NCBI GenBank assembly: GCA_963669175.1
Contig: OY769902.1
Location: 96,001-160,000 of the forward strand
Source: a bacterium
GTDB lineage: Bacteria; Electryoneota; Electryoneia; Electryoneales; Electryoneaceae
DNA: 64,000 bases
Direction of reading: 5' to 3'
Shown here: one piece after another, positions 30,362 through 40,578 of the stretch
How the letters are laid out: every line of letters starts with the position of its first letter
Position numbering within the stretch: position 1 is the stretch's first letter
Translations under genes and position numbers: made by a program
Notes under the pieces: model-generated
Database searches by the model: none
What the model was told of the DNA's origin: nothing
The model's input: the letters and a program-made list of their open reading frames with translations, nothing else

Positions 30362-31372
30362 TTACGGAATATCAACCGGGGTTAGCCAGCCATATTTATC
30401 ATCCCGAGTACCATTTATGATCGCGAAGAAACGTTCCTGCAATTTGCGCGCGATCTCACCCCGTGAACCGGTTCCAATCGTGATCCGGTCAATAGAACGA
30501 ATCGGGGTAACCTCTGATGCAGTACCGCAGAAGAAGACTTCATCCGCCAGGTAGAGCATCTCACGCGGGATCTGATGCTCTTCCACATGCGCATCAATCT
30601 CGCCCTCTTCCAGCAGCTCGCCGAGGAGCTGAATCAGGCTGTCACGAGTGATGCCGGGGAGCACACTGTTGCCGAGCGGCGGTGTGTAGATGACTTTCTT
30701 GTCCTTCAGGTAGACGAAGATATTCTCGCCGCTACCTTCGGAAACAAAGCCGTTGGAATCCAGCGCAATGCCTTCCACATAACCGTTCTTGATCGCTTCC
30801 TGCTTGATCAACTGGCTGTTCATGTAGTTGGCGCCGCATTTTGCCAGGGCCGGGAAGGTGTTCGGAGCCATACGTGTCCACGAGGACACACAGACATCCA
30901 CACCCTTTTCCAGCGCTTCCGGGCCGAGATACTTGCCCCAGAACCAGGTCATGACAAACACATCCACCGGGCAGGGACGCGGGTCCACACCCAGGCTGTT
31001 GTAGCCACGCATGATGACTGGACGGATATACGCGGCCTTGTCGCCGTTCGCCTTCACCGTCTCAACACACGCCTGCATCATCTCGTCAACCGTGTATTCG
31101 AGACGTTTTCCCGATTTGCCCTGTTCAACGATCTCAGGCAATTCATCGGGGGTCATGCGGTATATTTTGGCTGAATTGTAAAGACGCTGTACATGCTCAC
31201 GAAGTCTGAAAATCACACTCAGGCCGTTTTCACGCTCCTGATGGTACATCCGGATTCCTTCAAAAACCGAGGAACCATAATGAAGAGCATGCGTTCCCAC
31301 ATGCACGTTGGCGTCGTTCCAGGGAACCAGTTCCCCGTTCATCCAGATCTTACCGGAACCGTCAAAACCCAT
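30362..31372 (-). CDS. ilvE: Branched-chain amino acid aminotransferase
   Basis: [33 protein letters not shown] and GTASE motifs. Confidence 0.96.
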   Translation of the reverse strand: MGFDGSGKIWMNGELVPWNDANVHVGTHALHYGSSVFEGIRMYHQERENGLSVIFRLREHVQRLYNSAKIYRMTPDELPEIVEQGKSGKRLEYTVDEMMQACVETVKANGDKAAYIRPVIMRGYNSLGVDPRPCPVDVFVMTWFWGKYLGPEALEKGVDVCVSSWTRMAPNTFPALAKCGANYMNSQLIKQEAIKNGYVEGIALDSNGFVSEGSGENIFVYLKDKKVIYTPPLGNSVLPGITRDSLIQLLGELLEEGEIDAHVEEHQIPREMLYLADEVFFCGTASEVTPIRSIDRITIGTGSRGEIARKLQERFFAIINGTRDDKYGWLTPVDIP

Positions 31373-31533
31373 GGTCTGTCCTCCCGAGTAGTCTGCTGTT
31401 TTGTATCGAAAGTGGTTTGCTGCATATCCAAGCGCACCAACAAACCTGTAACAATCTTTTTGGCCCCGTCCGGCTTGTCCGGCGGGGTTTATTCTTATTC
31501 AGATTAAGAAGCCAGTCCTTCAGCAGCCACCGT

Positions 31534-31754
31534 TCCCGACTTGCTCAATACTTCTGATTCTATGTCAAGCCCAGCACACATAGCAACCTGCTCACTCCAT
31601 CACACCGGCACTTCAGGCAAATCGGGCCATGCGATCCATTTTTTTTCCGCCCAGTTGGGTGGCCCGATCCGCATGTAAGCATTCATCCCTTCATGATGCG
31701 GATAGAATACTCCCGTAATATCAGTATCTATGATAAACCTTGAGCGCATCGGGA
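31534..31754. repeat. Inverted doublet of ~99-nt conserved-end elements
   Basis: TCCCGACTTGCTC...GCAAATCGGGCCATGC (31534-31632) and GGGTGGCCCGATCCGC...GAGCGCATCGGGA (31657-31754). Confidence 0.88.
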
Positions 31755-31772
31755 CTATGTCAAAGCCAATTT

Positions 31773-32363
31773 CTACAGCACCTGTTCCACCGGGATCTCC
31801 AGCCATTGCGGCGGATCAGGCGGTTTGATCAATTCGCCATTTTCCATCAACTGCCACGTCCGTATCAGCAGCCAGATACAGCCACGATGCGCGACAACGA
31901 TTGCCGGTTTCCCGGGCCATTGTAGCGCCGCACGCTTCAACCCGCGTAACAACCGGACACGCATTTCCGCAATCGTTTCTCCACCGGGAGGCGCTTCATG
32001 CTCCACTGTACGCACCCGTTCCCACGCTTCCCGATGAGTCTCGAACGCTTCTTCATACGACGTCCCGGTCCAGCTACCGTAATTCCGCTCACGCAGGTCG
32101 GCATCAGTCACCTGTTCCAGCCCGAACCGTTTCGCTACGATCTCACCGGTAACCCGCGCCCGTTTCAGATCGCTGGTATACACTCCGCCAAACTCAATTC
32201 CGGTTTGAAGGAGCGCTTCCGCCAACTCAGCAGCCTGTTGCAATCCCTTCGGCGTAAGCTCCGGCTCTGTCTGCCCGGAAACCCAGCCCTCAAGGTTCGC
32301 TACCGACTGAGCATGACGTGTCATATACAACATGGACATATGCAAAACGCAGGAATTCAACAT
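31773..32363 (-). CDS. Histidine phosphatase (phosphoglycerate mutase-like) family protein
   Basis: RHAQS, SDLKRA, LRERNYGSW, GGET and VAHRG motifs. True start may be a few codons downstream. Confidence 0.9.
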   Translation of the reverse strand: MLNSCVLHMSMLYMTRHAQSVANLEGWVSGQTEPELTPKGLQQAAELAEALLQTGIEFGGVYTSDLKRARVTGEIVAKRFGLEQVTDADLRERNYGSWTGTSYEEAFETHREAWERVRTVEHEAPPGGETIAEMRVRLLRGLKRAALQWPGKPAIVVAHRGCIWLLIRTWQLMENGELIKPPDPPQWLEIPVEQVL

Positions 32364-32386
32364 GGAACTCCGGCGATAGTATCCTG

Positions 32387-33529
32387 TTACTTGCCGAGAA
32401 TCTGACGGCTGATGACGATACGCTGAATTTCGTTGGTGCCTTCGTAGATCTCGGTGATCTTGGCATCACGCAGCAGACGTTCTACCGGGTACTCACGTGA
32501 GTAGCCATAGCCGCCGTGAATCTGTACCGCTTCTTCCGCGCACCAGGTTGCCGCTTCGGAGCAGTAGACCTTGGCCATGGCGGCTTCCTTGGTGAACTTA
32601 CGTCCCGAATCCTTCAGCCAGGCCGCGTGATACAGCAGGTGACGAGCGGCGGAGACACGCATCTGCATGTCCGCCAGCTTGAACTGTATCGCCTGGAACG
32701 CAGCGATGGGACGATTGAACTGATGACGTTCCTGCGAGTATTTTACCGCTTCTTCCAGCGATGCCTGGGCAATACCCAGCGCCTGAGCGCCAACCCCGAG
32801 ACGTCCGCTGTCCAGTGCAGTCAGCATGACCTTGAAGCCCATGCCGTGTTCGCCGATCAGGTACTCGTTCGGGACGCGCACGTCGTCAAAGGTCAACGCT
32901 ACGGTATCGGTGGAACGCATGCCCATCTTCTTTTCATGCTTACCGATTTCGATACCGGGGGTGTCTGCCGGTACGATAAACGCACTGGTGCCCTTCGCGC
33001 CTGCATCCGGATCGGTCACACAGACGTACAGATACGCCTGGGCGTTGGAACCTCCGGTGATGAAGTTCTTCGAACCGTTGATCACCCAATGGTCGCCATC
33101 TTTGACCGCTCGGCTTTTCATGGCGCCGGCATCACTGCCGCTGCCGGGTTCTGTCAGACAAAACGCTCCCCACCATTCACCGGAAGTGAACTTGGGCAGG
33201 AAGTTGGTCTTGATAAAATCGTTGCCGAATTTCTCCAACGGATAACAGATCAGGCTGTTGTTGATGGAAAGCAACACTTCGACCGATGGGTCAACACGAG
33301 CGATCTCTTCCATGGCAGCCACATATCCGACAGTGTCAAATCCACCACCGCCGAACTCTTCGGACGCGATAACACCATAGAAGCCCAGCTCACCCAGTTG
33401 CTTCATCTGTTCATGCGGAAACAGGCCTTTGTCATCCCGTTCCGCCACACCCGGCCGTAATTCCTTTTCAGCAAAATCACGAGCCGTTTGCCGCAGCATT
33501 TCCTGTTCTTCGTTGAAAGTGAAATCCAT
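32387..33529 (-). CDS. Acyl-CoA dehydrogenase (short/branched-chain type)
   Basis: FCLTEPGSGSDA, INGSKNFIT, QIHGGYGY and IYEGTNEIQR motifs. Confidence 0.96.
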   Translation of the reverse strand: MDFTFNEEQEMLRQTARDFAEKELRPGVAERDDKGLFPHEQMKQLGELGFYGVIASEEFGGGGFDTVGYVAAMEEIARVDPSVEVLLSINNSLICYPLEKFGNDFIKTNFLPKFTSGEWWGAFCLTEPGSGSDAGAMKSRAVKDGDHWVINGSKNFITGGSNAQAYLYVCVTDPDAGAKGTSAFIVPADTPGIEIGKHEKKMGMRSTDTVALTFDDVRVPNEYLIGEHGMGFKVMLTALDSGRLGVGAQALGIAQASLEEAVKYSQERHQFNRPIAAFQAIQFKLADMQMRVSAARHLLYHAAWLKDSGRKFTKEAAMAKVYCSEAATWCAEEAVQIHGGYGYSREYPVERLLRDAKITEIYEGTNEIQRIVISRQILGK

Positions 33530-33846
33530 GCAGTTCCCCGGTGCTGGTGCGCCTGACTGGTACGGATCTCCTTTATCCGGTCCCTGTCACACGCGCTGTG
33601 AACGCTTATTTTCCACGTTAACCGGACATAGTTGCCCGGAATGAACGGTTTACGCCAATGCCAATATAACAAAACGAATGCCGTTGCACCTCTCAAAGGG
33701 AGCGAGGATTTTCCTGGTAACCATATCCGAAACCTGCTCGAGGCTATTTCTTGTCTTAGGGGGACAATCCATGTGAATTGCCTCTACCAATTGCAGGAGG
33801 GCGCTTCCGTAGTTACTTTATTTCGGGGACAGAAATGGAGTAACAG

Positions 33847-34764
33847 ATGAACATGGACTCATCCAGGGACGGTAAACCACGTTTTCGTCTGCTCGCTATT
33901 GACGATGATGCCGGGATGCACAACCTTGTTGACAGGCATCTTGACGGTGTCGTTGCAGAAATCCGTCACGCTACTTTGCCGGAAGTTGGCCTCAAGATGG
34001 CCATGGAGCAAGACTTTGATGTCATCCTGCTAGGGGTGGACATGCCTGGCATGGACGGATTCCAGGTATGTCGACATCTGAAAGCTACACGCCGTACACG
34101 ATTTGTTCCAGTAATCTTCCTGACCGGACGTGATGACCCGGCTTCTATCGCTTACGGGCTGGACCTTGGGGCAGTGGATTTCCTGACCAAACCAACCCCG
34201 CCATTGGAACTCCAGGCACGAGTGCGTGTAGCCCTGCGTCAGTATGACATGGTCAACCATTTCATCAAGAACTCACACCTTGACCCTCTTTCCGGCCTCC
34301 TCGCCGCTGAACAGTTCGAGGTCAACTTAAAGCGCGCGCTGCACCGTTATGAACGTAGCCAGATCCCCTTCTGCCTGTTGATTCTGGACCTGGATCGCTT
34401 CAAACACCTGAACGAGCGCTACGGGTTCAATGCCGCGAACGAGGTGCTGCGACGGGTCGGTTCTGTGATCCACGGCGGCCTGAGAAATAACGACCTCGCC
34501 CACCGTCTGAAGGAGGATCGTTTCGGCATCCTGCTCGAGGACATCTTCCCCGAGAAAGCGCCGGAAGCAGCGAACCGGCTGCTTGACAGTGTCCGCAGGT
34601 TGAAAATTCCCGTAGGCAGCGAAGTCCTCACTGTCACCATGTCCGCCGGACTGGCCTGTGTGCCCTCCAATGACCAGAAAAAACTGTATGACCTGGCCTA
34701 CCAGGCCATGAAACAGGCGAAGGTGAAAGGAAGGGACCGGTTGGGGGTTGCGCAGCAGGTTTGA
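33847..34764 (+). CDS. REC-GGDEF (WspR/PleD-like) protein with degenerate motifs
   Basis: REC domain (IDDD, MPGMDG, KP), then DPLSGL, DLDRFKHLNERYG and KVKGRDR. The active-site position reads RLKEDRF. Confidence 0.88.
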   Translation: MNMDSSRDGKPRFRLLAIDDDAGMHNLVDRHLDGVVAEIRHATLPEVGLKMAMEQDFDVILLGVDMPGMDGFQVCRHLKATRRTRFVPVIFLTGRDDPASIAYGLDLGAVDFLTKPTPPLELQARVRVALRQYDMVNHFIKNSHLDPLSGLLAAEQFEVNLKRALHRYERSQIPFCLLILDLDRFKHLNERYGFNAANEVLRRVGSVIHGGLRNNDLAHRLKEDRFGILLEDIFPEKAPEAANRLLDSVRRLKIPVGSEVLTVTMSAGLACVPSNDQKKLYDLAYQAMKQAKVKGRDRLGVAQQV

Positions 34765-34836
34765 AAGTTGAAAGTCTTGCAGCCATATCAGGTTGGTGGG
34801 TGGCCCTGTATGTTTCTGGCAGTTCTGCATAAGAAC

Positions 34837-35040
34837 GCGTGGCCCGATTTGCCGGAAGTGTACATAATACTCTCGCAATGCTGACAACAATTGTGAGTCG
34901 TCGTCCTGTGATACGGATGATGAGCAAGTCGGGTTTTGGGAGAGCCTGGGTGAGCCGATGCATAAGCGAGAGTGGTAGCCAAATTGCAGGTATACTGTGG
35001 TGCTGGAACAAGGTGTGAAGCAAAAAGAAGTGGATCGGGA
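34837..35040 (+). repeat. Tandem pair of conserved-end elements (98 nt, and a degenerate 93 nt)
   Basis: GCGTGGCCCGATTTGC...GAGCAAGTCGGGT. Region ~34795-34962 is homologous to ~59511-59680. Confidence 0.8.
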
Positions 35041-35256
35041 CAGATCTGATAGCGAGTTTTCATATGGAACACAGTATTGTGCCCGCTACAGATATTAGTG
35101 GTAGCGCGACAACTCGTACAGGAACACCAGACATTCCGGAAGAGTGAAATATAGTGAATGGACACAATGAGGAAACTGGTATCTGGAAAACTGGGACTTG
35201 CCCCATTGCAGTTATTATTATGTAAATAGTATATTTATAAGAGAAAGGGGACAAAT

Positions 35257-35505
35257 ATGAAAGACGTTCACAAAGAAGCGCTCGAGTTCTACATAGCACA
35301 TCAGGATGAGCTTGTTGCCAAGTACAATGGTAAAAGTATTATCATTGTTGAGCAGGAAGTGAAAGGCGTTTTTGATTCAGATCGCGATGCCTTGAGAGAA
35401 GCCAGAAAGATGTTCAGGACTGGAAGCTACATGATCAAGCGGGTTGGACCGGGTAAAGACAATTATACTCAAACCTTTCATTCCGGGCGTATCTCCTTCG
35501 TATAA
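35257..35505 (+). CDS. Small DUF5678-like protein (82 aa)
   Basis: Pattern F...H..EL..KY.GK.I.I....V.G.FDS...A......F..G.Y.I..VG. An AAGGGG RBS is present, and the gene sits directly upstream of an aspartyl protease, a context I recall as typical. Confidence 0.75.
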   Translation: MKDVHKEALEFYIAHQDELVAKYNGKSIIIVEQEVKGVFDSDRDALREARKMFRTGSYMIKRVGPGKDNYTQTFHSGRISFV

Positions 35506-35530
35506 CAAACCTATTCAAGGAATTTTGGTC

Positions 35531-36157
35531 ATGTCTATTATTCCTGAATCTCATACATTTACGATCCAATATGATCAACCTGTAAAAATGATACAATGCA
35601 AGGTTGGTGTTTCCCAGGAATCCCTATCCGATTCTCCTGTAGAGTCGGATTTTTCATTTCATACTTATACAGCACTGTGGGATACTGGCGCGACGAATAC
35701 TGTTATTACGGCAAGAATATTTAAGCAATTAAAACTCCAACAGATTGGCATTGCTATTGTTGCTACGGCAGCAGGTGAAATAGATTCTCCGGTTTGCTAC
35801 CTGGCATTGAAACTACCCAATGGACTATCCTTCCCTTTCCTTCAAGCAACTGTTTGCGAAAATATGCTTGGTGATGCGGATGTTCTAATTGGAATGGATA
35901 TTATCGGCTACGGCGATTTCGCTTTTAGTTTTGGAACCTGTAAACCAGTGATGACATATAGAGCTCCAGCAGGATTGCATGTAAACTACAGAAGAAATCC
36001 GATCGTATATGGGAATATAGCAAATGCTAAACCAATCCCCGTTGTTTCTCCAAGTGAATTGTGTCCCTGCAAAAGTGGTTTCACTTATGAGGATTGCCAT
36101 GGCGCTATACCAACCGTTTCCATTGTCCCTCCTATCGCCTTGAGACCCTTAATATGA
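35531..36157 (+). CDS. Retropepsin-like (clan AA) aspartyl protease with a C-terminal SEC-C metal-binding motif
   Basis: ALWDTGATNTVI catalytic motif, DVLIGMDII, and CPCKSGFTYEDCHG. Confidence 0.88.
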   Translation: MSIIPESHTFTIQYDQPVKMIQCKVGVSQESLSDSPVESDFSFHTYTALWDTGATNTVITARIFKQLKLQQIGIAIVATAAGEIDSPVCYLALKLPNGLSFPFLQATVCENMLGDADVLIGMDIIGYGDFAFSFGTCKPVMTYRAPAGLHVNYRRNPIVYGNIANAKPIPVVSPSELCPCKSGFTYEDCHGAIPTVSIVPPIALRPLI

Positions 36158-36165
36158 AAACAATT

Positions 36166-36996
36166 CTATTTTCTTTCAAACGTGTCCCCCCCCTCCACAA
36201 ACGCATCAATCAGCCGTCGTGCGATAGAAAGACGCATCGGTCCGGGTGGCATGGCATCCGCCGTGTACCAGTCCGCTTCAAGAATCTCGCCATCCTGCAT
36301 GGTAATCTCACCACTCTCATAGTCCGCAAAGAAGCCGATCATCAGGGAATTGGGGAAGGGCCAGGGCTGGCTGTCGAAATAACGGATATTGGTTACCCTG
36401 ATCCCGACCTCTTCAAAAATCTCACGCTTTACACAATCCTCCAGCGTTTCACCCGGTTCGACAAACCCGGCCAGCACGCTGTAGATCGGCAAGGTAAATC
36501 GTGTGCCACGCGCCAGCAGGATCTGATCCCCCTTCGTCACCGCCACAATCACCGCCGGAGCCACTCGTGGGAAGCTCTCGTACCCGCAGGCGGGGCATAG
36601 CTTGGCTTCGGATTCCGATGACCACTCGTTCTTGGTTCCGCAGCAACCGCAGAATTGAGTTGTCTCGTCCCAGTGCAGCAGGTGAACCGCACGTCCCAGC
36701 AGGTCAAACTGAGCGCGTGTCATGCCCACCAACAGCCCACGCATATGAGTAAACCGCCACTCACCCGGTTCCGGGCAGTCGGACGACACACGGCAGACGG
36801 TCCACCTCTTCCCATTCTCCGCGCCGACAAACAGCTCGCGTGTGATGAAAGGCGCAAGGGTTTCGTGAACGTCCCGACCGGGAAGAAGTTGTGAGATGGT
36901 ATCCGTAGCGGACAGAATGCGGCCGTCACACACGAAAATCCTTACACGCTCCTGCTCTTCCGGTAACTGCTGCGGCAGCCCGAATTCGATGGGCAT
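36166..36996 (-). CDS. nudC: NAD(H) diphosphatase
   Basis: Zn ribbon FCGCCG...CPAC, Nudix box AGFVEPGETLEDCVKREIFEEVG, and SQPWPFPNS. Confidence 0.96.
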   Translation of the reverse strand: MPIEFGLPQQLPEEQERVRIFVCDGRILSATDTISQLLPGRDVHETLAPFITRELFVGAENGKRWTVCRVSSDCPEPGEWRFTHMRGLLVGMTRAQFDLLGRAVHLLHWDETTQFCGCCGTKNEWSSESEAKLCPACGYESFPRVAPAVIVAVTKGDQILLARGTRFTLPIYSVLAGFVEPGETLEDCVKREIFEEVGIRVTNIRYFDSQPWPFPNSLMIGFFADYESGEITMQDGEILEADWYTADAMPPGPMRLSIARRLIDAFVEGGDTFERK

Positions 36997-37164
36997 GGTA
37001 GTTCTCCTGTTTTCCGCAGGTGAAGATACAGCAGTGTAGCTATATGGACAAGATTCAGTGGAAGTATCCCTGCTGCGTTAGCCGTGGAAGTTACATCACG
37101 TGCTCATCGGGCCACCCAGCCCTACTTTTTTCACCTTTTTCACTTTCCACTTTTTTCACTTCGA

Positions 37165-39579
37165 TCATCCATCCGTCCGCAGCACTGTAACGGGATTCGT
37201 GCGTGCGGCGGAGATAGTCAACGCGCTCATCACCATCCACGCGATCAACACCGACGCCACCAGCGTGCCGGGGTACAGCGCCACCGGAATCGTGATATGA
37301 TAGGCGAAGTTGGCCAGCCAGCGGTTCATGGCCAGCGCACTCAAGGGCAACGCCACCACATTGGCAACCAGCACCCATACCAGGAAACGTCCACTGATCA
37401 AACGGTGTATCCCAGCCTCGCTCGCCCCCAACACTTTACGAATGCCGATTTCTTTTCGTTTCGAGTGAACCATCAACGCAGTAATGCCCAGCAGACCCAG
37501 CGCAGAAATAATGATCCCCAGCAAACCGAAGGTCCGGAAAATAGCGCTCAAGTTCCGTTCGGACTCATACAACTGCTGCATACGATCTTCCAGGAATTGC
37601 ATGTCATAAACCCCATTCGGCGCAAATTGTTCAAATACGTGATCCACCCAGGCCAGCGCTTCTTTGGTGCCACCGGGACGGATGCGAACCAGGTTATAGG
37701 TGGTTCCCCAGGGCCGGTTTTCAATCACCAGTGGTGAGATAGTCTTGTGCAGCACTTCATGGTTAAAATCTCGCACCACACCTACAATCTGCCCCTCATA
37801 CGGTCCCCAGATATTATTCCAGGCCGCTTTCCCGACCGGGTCTTCAATGCCCAGTACCCGTATCGCGGTCTCGTTGGGAATGAATGCCGGAGTGCCATAC
37901 CCGAGCCCGGCAAAACTGCTTCCTTCAGCGAGCTCAAGGCCAAGTGTCTCGATGATATCCGTATCCCCACGCAGCACCTGCACTCCCGGCCAGACATCGG
38001 GCGGCGTGTCCTCCGTACTCAGCGATTCTCCGCTGTAGTGATTCCCGGGCAACGAGGAAGCACAGGACACGGACACAATATTCGGATTCCGCAACAGTTC
38101 CGCTTTTACCTCGTCAAGGTTGTCGAAAACAGTGTCACGCAGAACGCCATGCGTCATGAAAGCAACCACATGCTCCGTATCAAAACCGGGGTCTCGATTC
38201 AACAGGAAATCGGCCTGCATATAAATGACGGCTGTGCAGAAAAGAATGGCGGATGATATGATAAACTGGAAGGTCAGTAAACCTTTCCGTAAAAAACCTA
38301 CGATTGCCCTGGGATCACGACTGGCTCGGATAGTTTGGGCCGGGACAAAGGTGGAAGCGTGGATCGCCGGGTAAATTCCGCCCACCAGGAACACGCCCAA
38401 CAAGACACCAAGCAGCAGCGGCAGGTGTTTTACACTCCACAGGTAGCTCGGAGTAAGCGGATACCCGGTCAGGTTTGTGTAGTACGGGAACGCCAGCGAT
38501 AACAGCACGAGACTGACTACTCCGGCCAGCAGGATCAGCACCCCGGTCTCAACGGCAAACTGCTGGCCTACCTGCGAAGATCCGGCGCCCATAACTTTTC
38601 GAATGCCGACCTCCCGAGTACGCCTCAATCCCAACGCCAGCGTAATATTGACAAAATTGATCGCAGCAATCAGCAGGATAATCACCGCCACTACGGCGAA
38701 GATTTTCAGGTATACAGCGTTCGTGCGTGGCCCGTTATCATCACTCAGTCCGGGCAATAGGTGAATCGAGGGTAAAGGCTGACAGGTGTAGACAGTTGTA
38801 ATCTCCTCGTCTTCCTCAAGAACATCGGCAAAATAAGACAACATGAAATCCAGCATTCTTTCACGCACCGTACTGATGGACGCCTGCTCATGCAGCTTGA
38901 AATACGTAATTGCCCCTGACCAGGAACGGCTCTGCCACATATCGGGACGCGATTCCATCACGAAGTTTTCCATCAGTTTCATCGGGTACAGGAACTCGTA
39001 CTGGATGTGCGAATCGAAGGGCGGATCGGGGATGACGGCTGTGATTTTGCGCGGACGGTCAATCGCGGTTTCCAGCATCTCACCGACCGGGATATGATCG
39101 CCGAACATGCGTCTGGACACAGATTCGGTGATCACAATGGTGTAAGGATCACGCAATGACAGATCGGTATCACCATGCAACGCTTTGATTCCGAACATGT
39201 CGAAAAATGTGCTGTCGGCGAAATAGCCGCCATCTATGCGGTGGGTAGTACGATTGCCGTGGTCATTGGTATAGAACACAGTCGCACGACTGGCGATGAC
39301 ACGGGTATACGATTCAATCTCACTGAAAAAGGCAAGGAGTTGATCACCCAGCATGGGGGATTGTTCTGCGCTGCCATCGCCATCTTCATCCACACGGATA
39401 ACACGGAAGATGCGGTCACGATCCGGCGCCTGGCTGTCAAAACCAAGCTCAATCCCAAGGTGCATGAAAATGATCAGGGCAAAGGTAATACCAAGGGAAA
39501 GTCCGGTGACGTTGATCAGGACATACCAACGGTGACGGGAAAGGTTGCGAACAGCAGACATGAGGTAATTACGCAGCAT
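37165..39579 (-). CDS. ABC transporter permease (MacB/FtsX duplicated type)
   Basis: MLRNY...RNL N-terminus, two (R/K)E(V/I)GIRKV(M/L)GA motifs, eight predicted TM segments, and an NPV..LR C-terminus. Confidence 0.94.
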   Translation of the reverse strand: MLRNYLMSAVRNLSRHRWYVLINVTGLSLGITFALIIFMHLGIELGFDSQAPDRDRIFRVIRVDEDGDGSAEQSPMLGDQLLAFFSEIESYTRVIASRATVFYTNDHGNRTTHRIDGGYFADSTFFDMFGIKALHGDTDLSLRDPYTIVITESVSRRMFGDHIPVGEMLETAIDRPRKITAVIPDPPFDSHIQYEFLYPMKLMENFVMESRPDMWQSRSWSGAITYFKLHEQASISTVRERMLDFMLSYFADVLEEDEEITTVYTCQPLPSIHLLPGLSDDNGPRTNAVYLKIFAVVAVIILLIAAINFVNITLALGLRRTREVGIRKVMGAGSSQVGQQFAVETGVLILLAGVVSLVLLSLAFPYYTNLTGYPLTPSYLWSVKHLPLLLGVLLGVFLVGGIYPAIHASTFVPAQTIRASRDPRAIVGFLRKGLLTFQFIISSAILFCTAVIYMQADFLLNRDPGFDTEHVVAFMTHGVLRDTVFDNLDEVKAELLRNPNIVSVSCASSLPGNHYSGESLSTEDTPPDVWPGVQVLRGDTDIIETLGLELAEGSSFAGLGYGTPAFIPNETAIRVLGIEDPVGKAAWNNIWGPYEGQIVGVVRDFNHEVLHKTISPLVIENRPWGTTYNLVRIRPGGTKEALAWVDHVFEQFAPNGVYDMQFLEDRMQQLYESERNLSAIFRTFGLLGIIISALGLLGITALMVHSKRKEIGIRKVLGASEAGIHRLISGRFLVWVLVANVVALPLSALAMNRWLANFAYHITIPVALYPGTLVASVLIAWMVMSALTISAARTNPVTVLRTDG

Positions 39580-39971
39580 GACCGGCCTCCAGTCGTTGGG
39601 CTGGTGGTTAGCGAACCCGGCTCAGTTCATGCAAAGAAGATACGACAATGCCACTGGGAAGTCAGCTCCTGAAGAAAAGTTTGGGAATTCAGATGGTTTG
39701 TGACCGTGAACCACGACCAGAAGCCATACAGAATGGACGGAGGTTTTTTCTGTCTTTATCACATATCTCTGATCAATGTTCACCTGATAGTTCTTGATAG
39801 TTGTGCTTGTAATTCAGAAGAACCACGGCAGTGGTTCTCCAGAGTATTGACAAACCTCTCTTGATACCATTTTACAGGTTTTCCGCCATATGCGGACGTT
39901 GTTATTAAACAACTTAAGATCGCCATATTCTACCTCTGTAGGTCAGGCTCGACTTTGTCAGCAGTCTGTAG

Positions 39972-40081
39972 AACCACGGCAGTGGTTCCCTGTATTAGCC
40001 CACCGTCCAGCGCCGTCTGTCTGGCGCTCACGGTGGGAAAAGCGATCACTCCTCATGAACAACCCCGGTAGCGGGTTGCCT
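39972..40081. repeat. REP-like triple-hairpin element, copy 2
   Basis: Matches 20634-20744. An extra AACCACGGCAGTGGTT hairpin lies at 39821-39836. Confidence 0.9.
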
Positions 40082-40163
40082 AAACCACCACAAACTTAAA
40101 CAGATATAAATATTCAGGTTACTCCTGCCGGGGCGACTACTTGGGATCAAATAAATATCTCTC

Positions 40164-40526
40164 CTACTTCAACACCCCCTCAATCATCACCTCCCCCGGC
40201 TGTACAATCACCGCCTGAATATCAATACGTTCTGTGATACTGGCCGGCAAACGCATCTCAAACACACCGGAGCTTATCTTCAACACATTGGGATCTACAT
40301 TGGCGAGATGATCGGTGATAAAGCCGAGGAATTTGGGACGCATTTCCGTCTTCACCCAGTTATCTTCGATCCGGAAACGGGACAATGTCACCTTCACCGG
40401 GACACCAAACCGTATCTTGAAAACAGCGGCATCATGATTCAGCTCGACCAGCTCAAGGATATCCCGTGTTTTCGGACTCCGTGTGATCAGATCATTGATC
40501 TCGTCGTGGGAAATCGTTAGAATCAA
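40164..40526 (-). CDS. Hypothetical protein (120 aa)
   Basis: TTG start after AAGGGGG, host-like codon usage, divergent from ogt. Confidence 0.7.
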   Translation of the reverse strand: MILTISHDEINDLITRSPKTRDILELVELNHDAAVFKIRFGVPVKVTLSRFRIEDNWVKTEMRPKFLGFITDHLANVDPNVLKISSGVFEMRLPASITERIDIQAVIVQPGEVMIEGVLK

Positions 40527-40578
40527 GCCGACCCCCTTTTCGTGGTCACAGTTACAACTCTAATGTAAGGAAACGGCC

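Noticed and set aside
25090-31754. 99-nt elements as canonical integron attC sites or CRISPR repeat-spacer units
   Set aside because: They lack RYYYAAC/GTTRRRY cores, are dispersed and partly inverted instead of arrayed, and there is no integrase or cas gene in the window.
37165-39579. Orphan ABC permease as a novel system
   Set aside because: Stand-alone paralogues of this permease type are common and usually share an ATPase encoded elsewhere.
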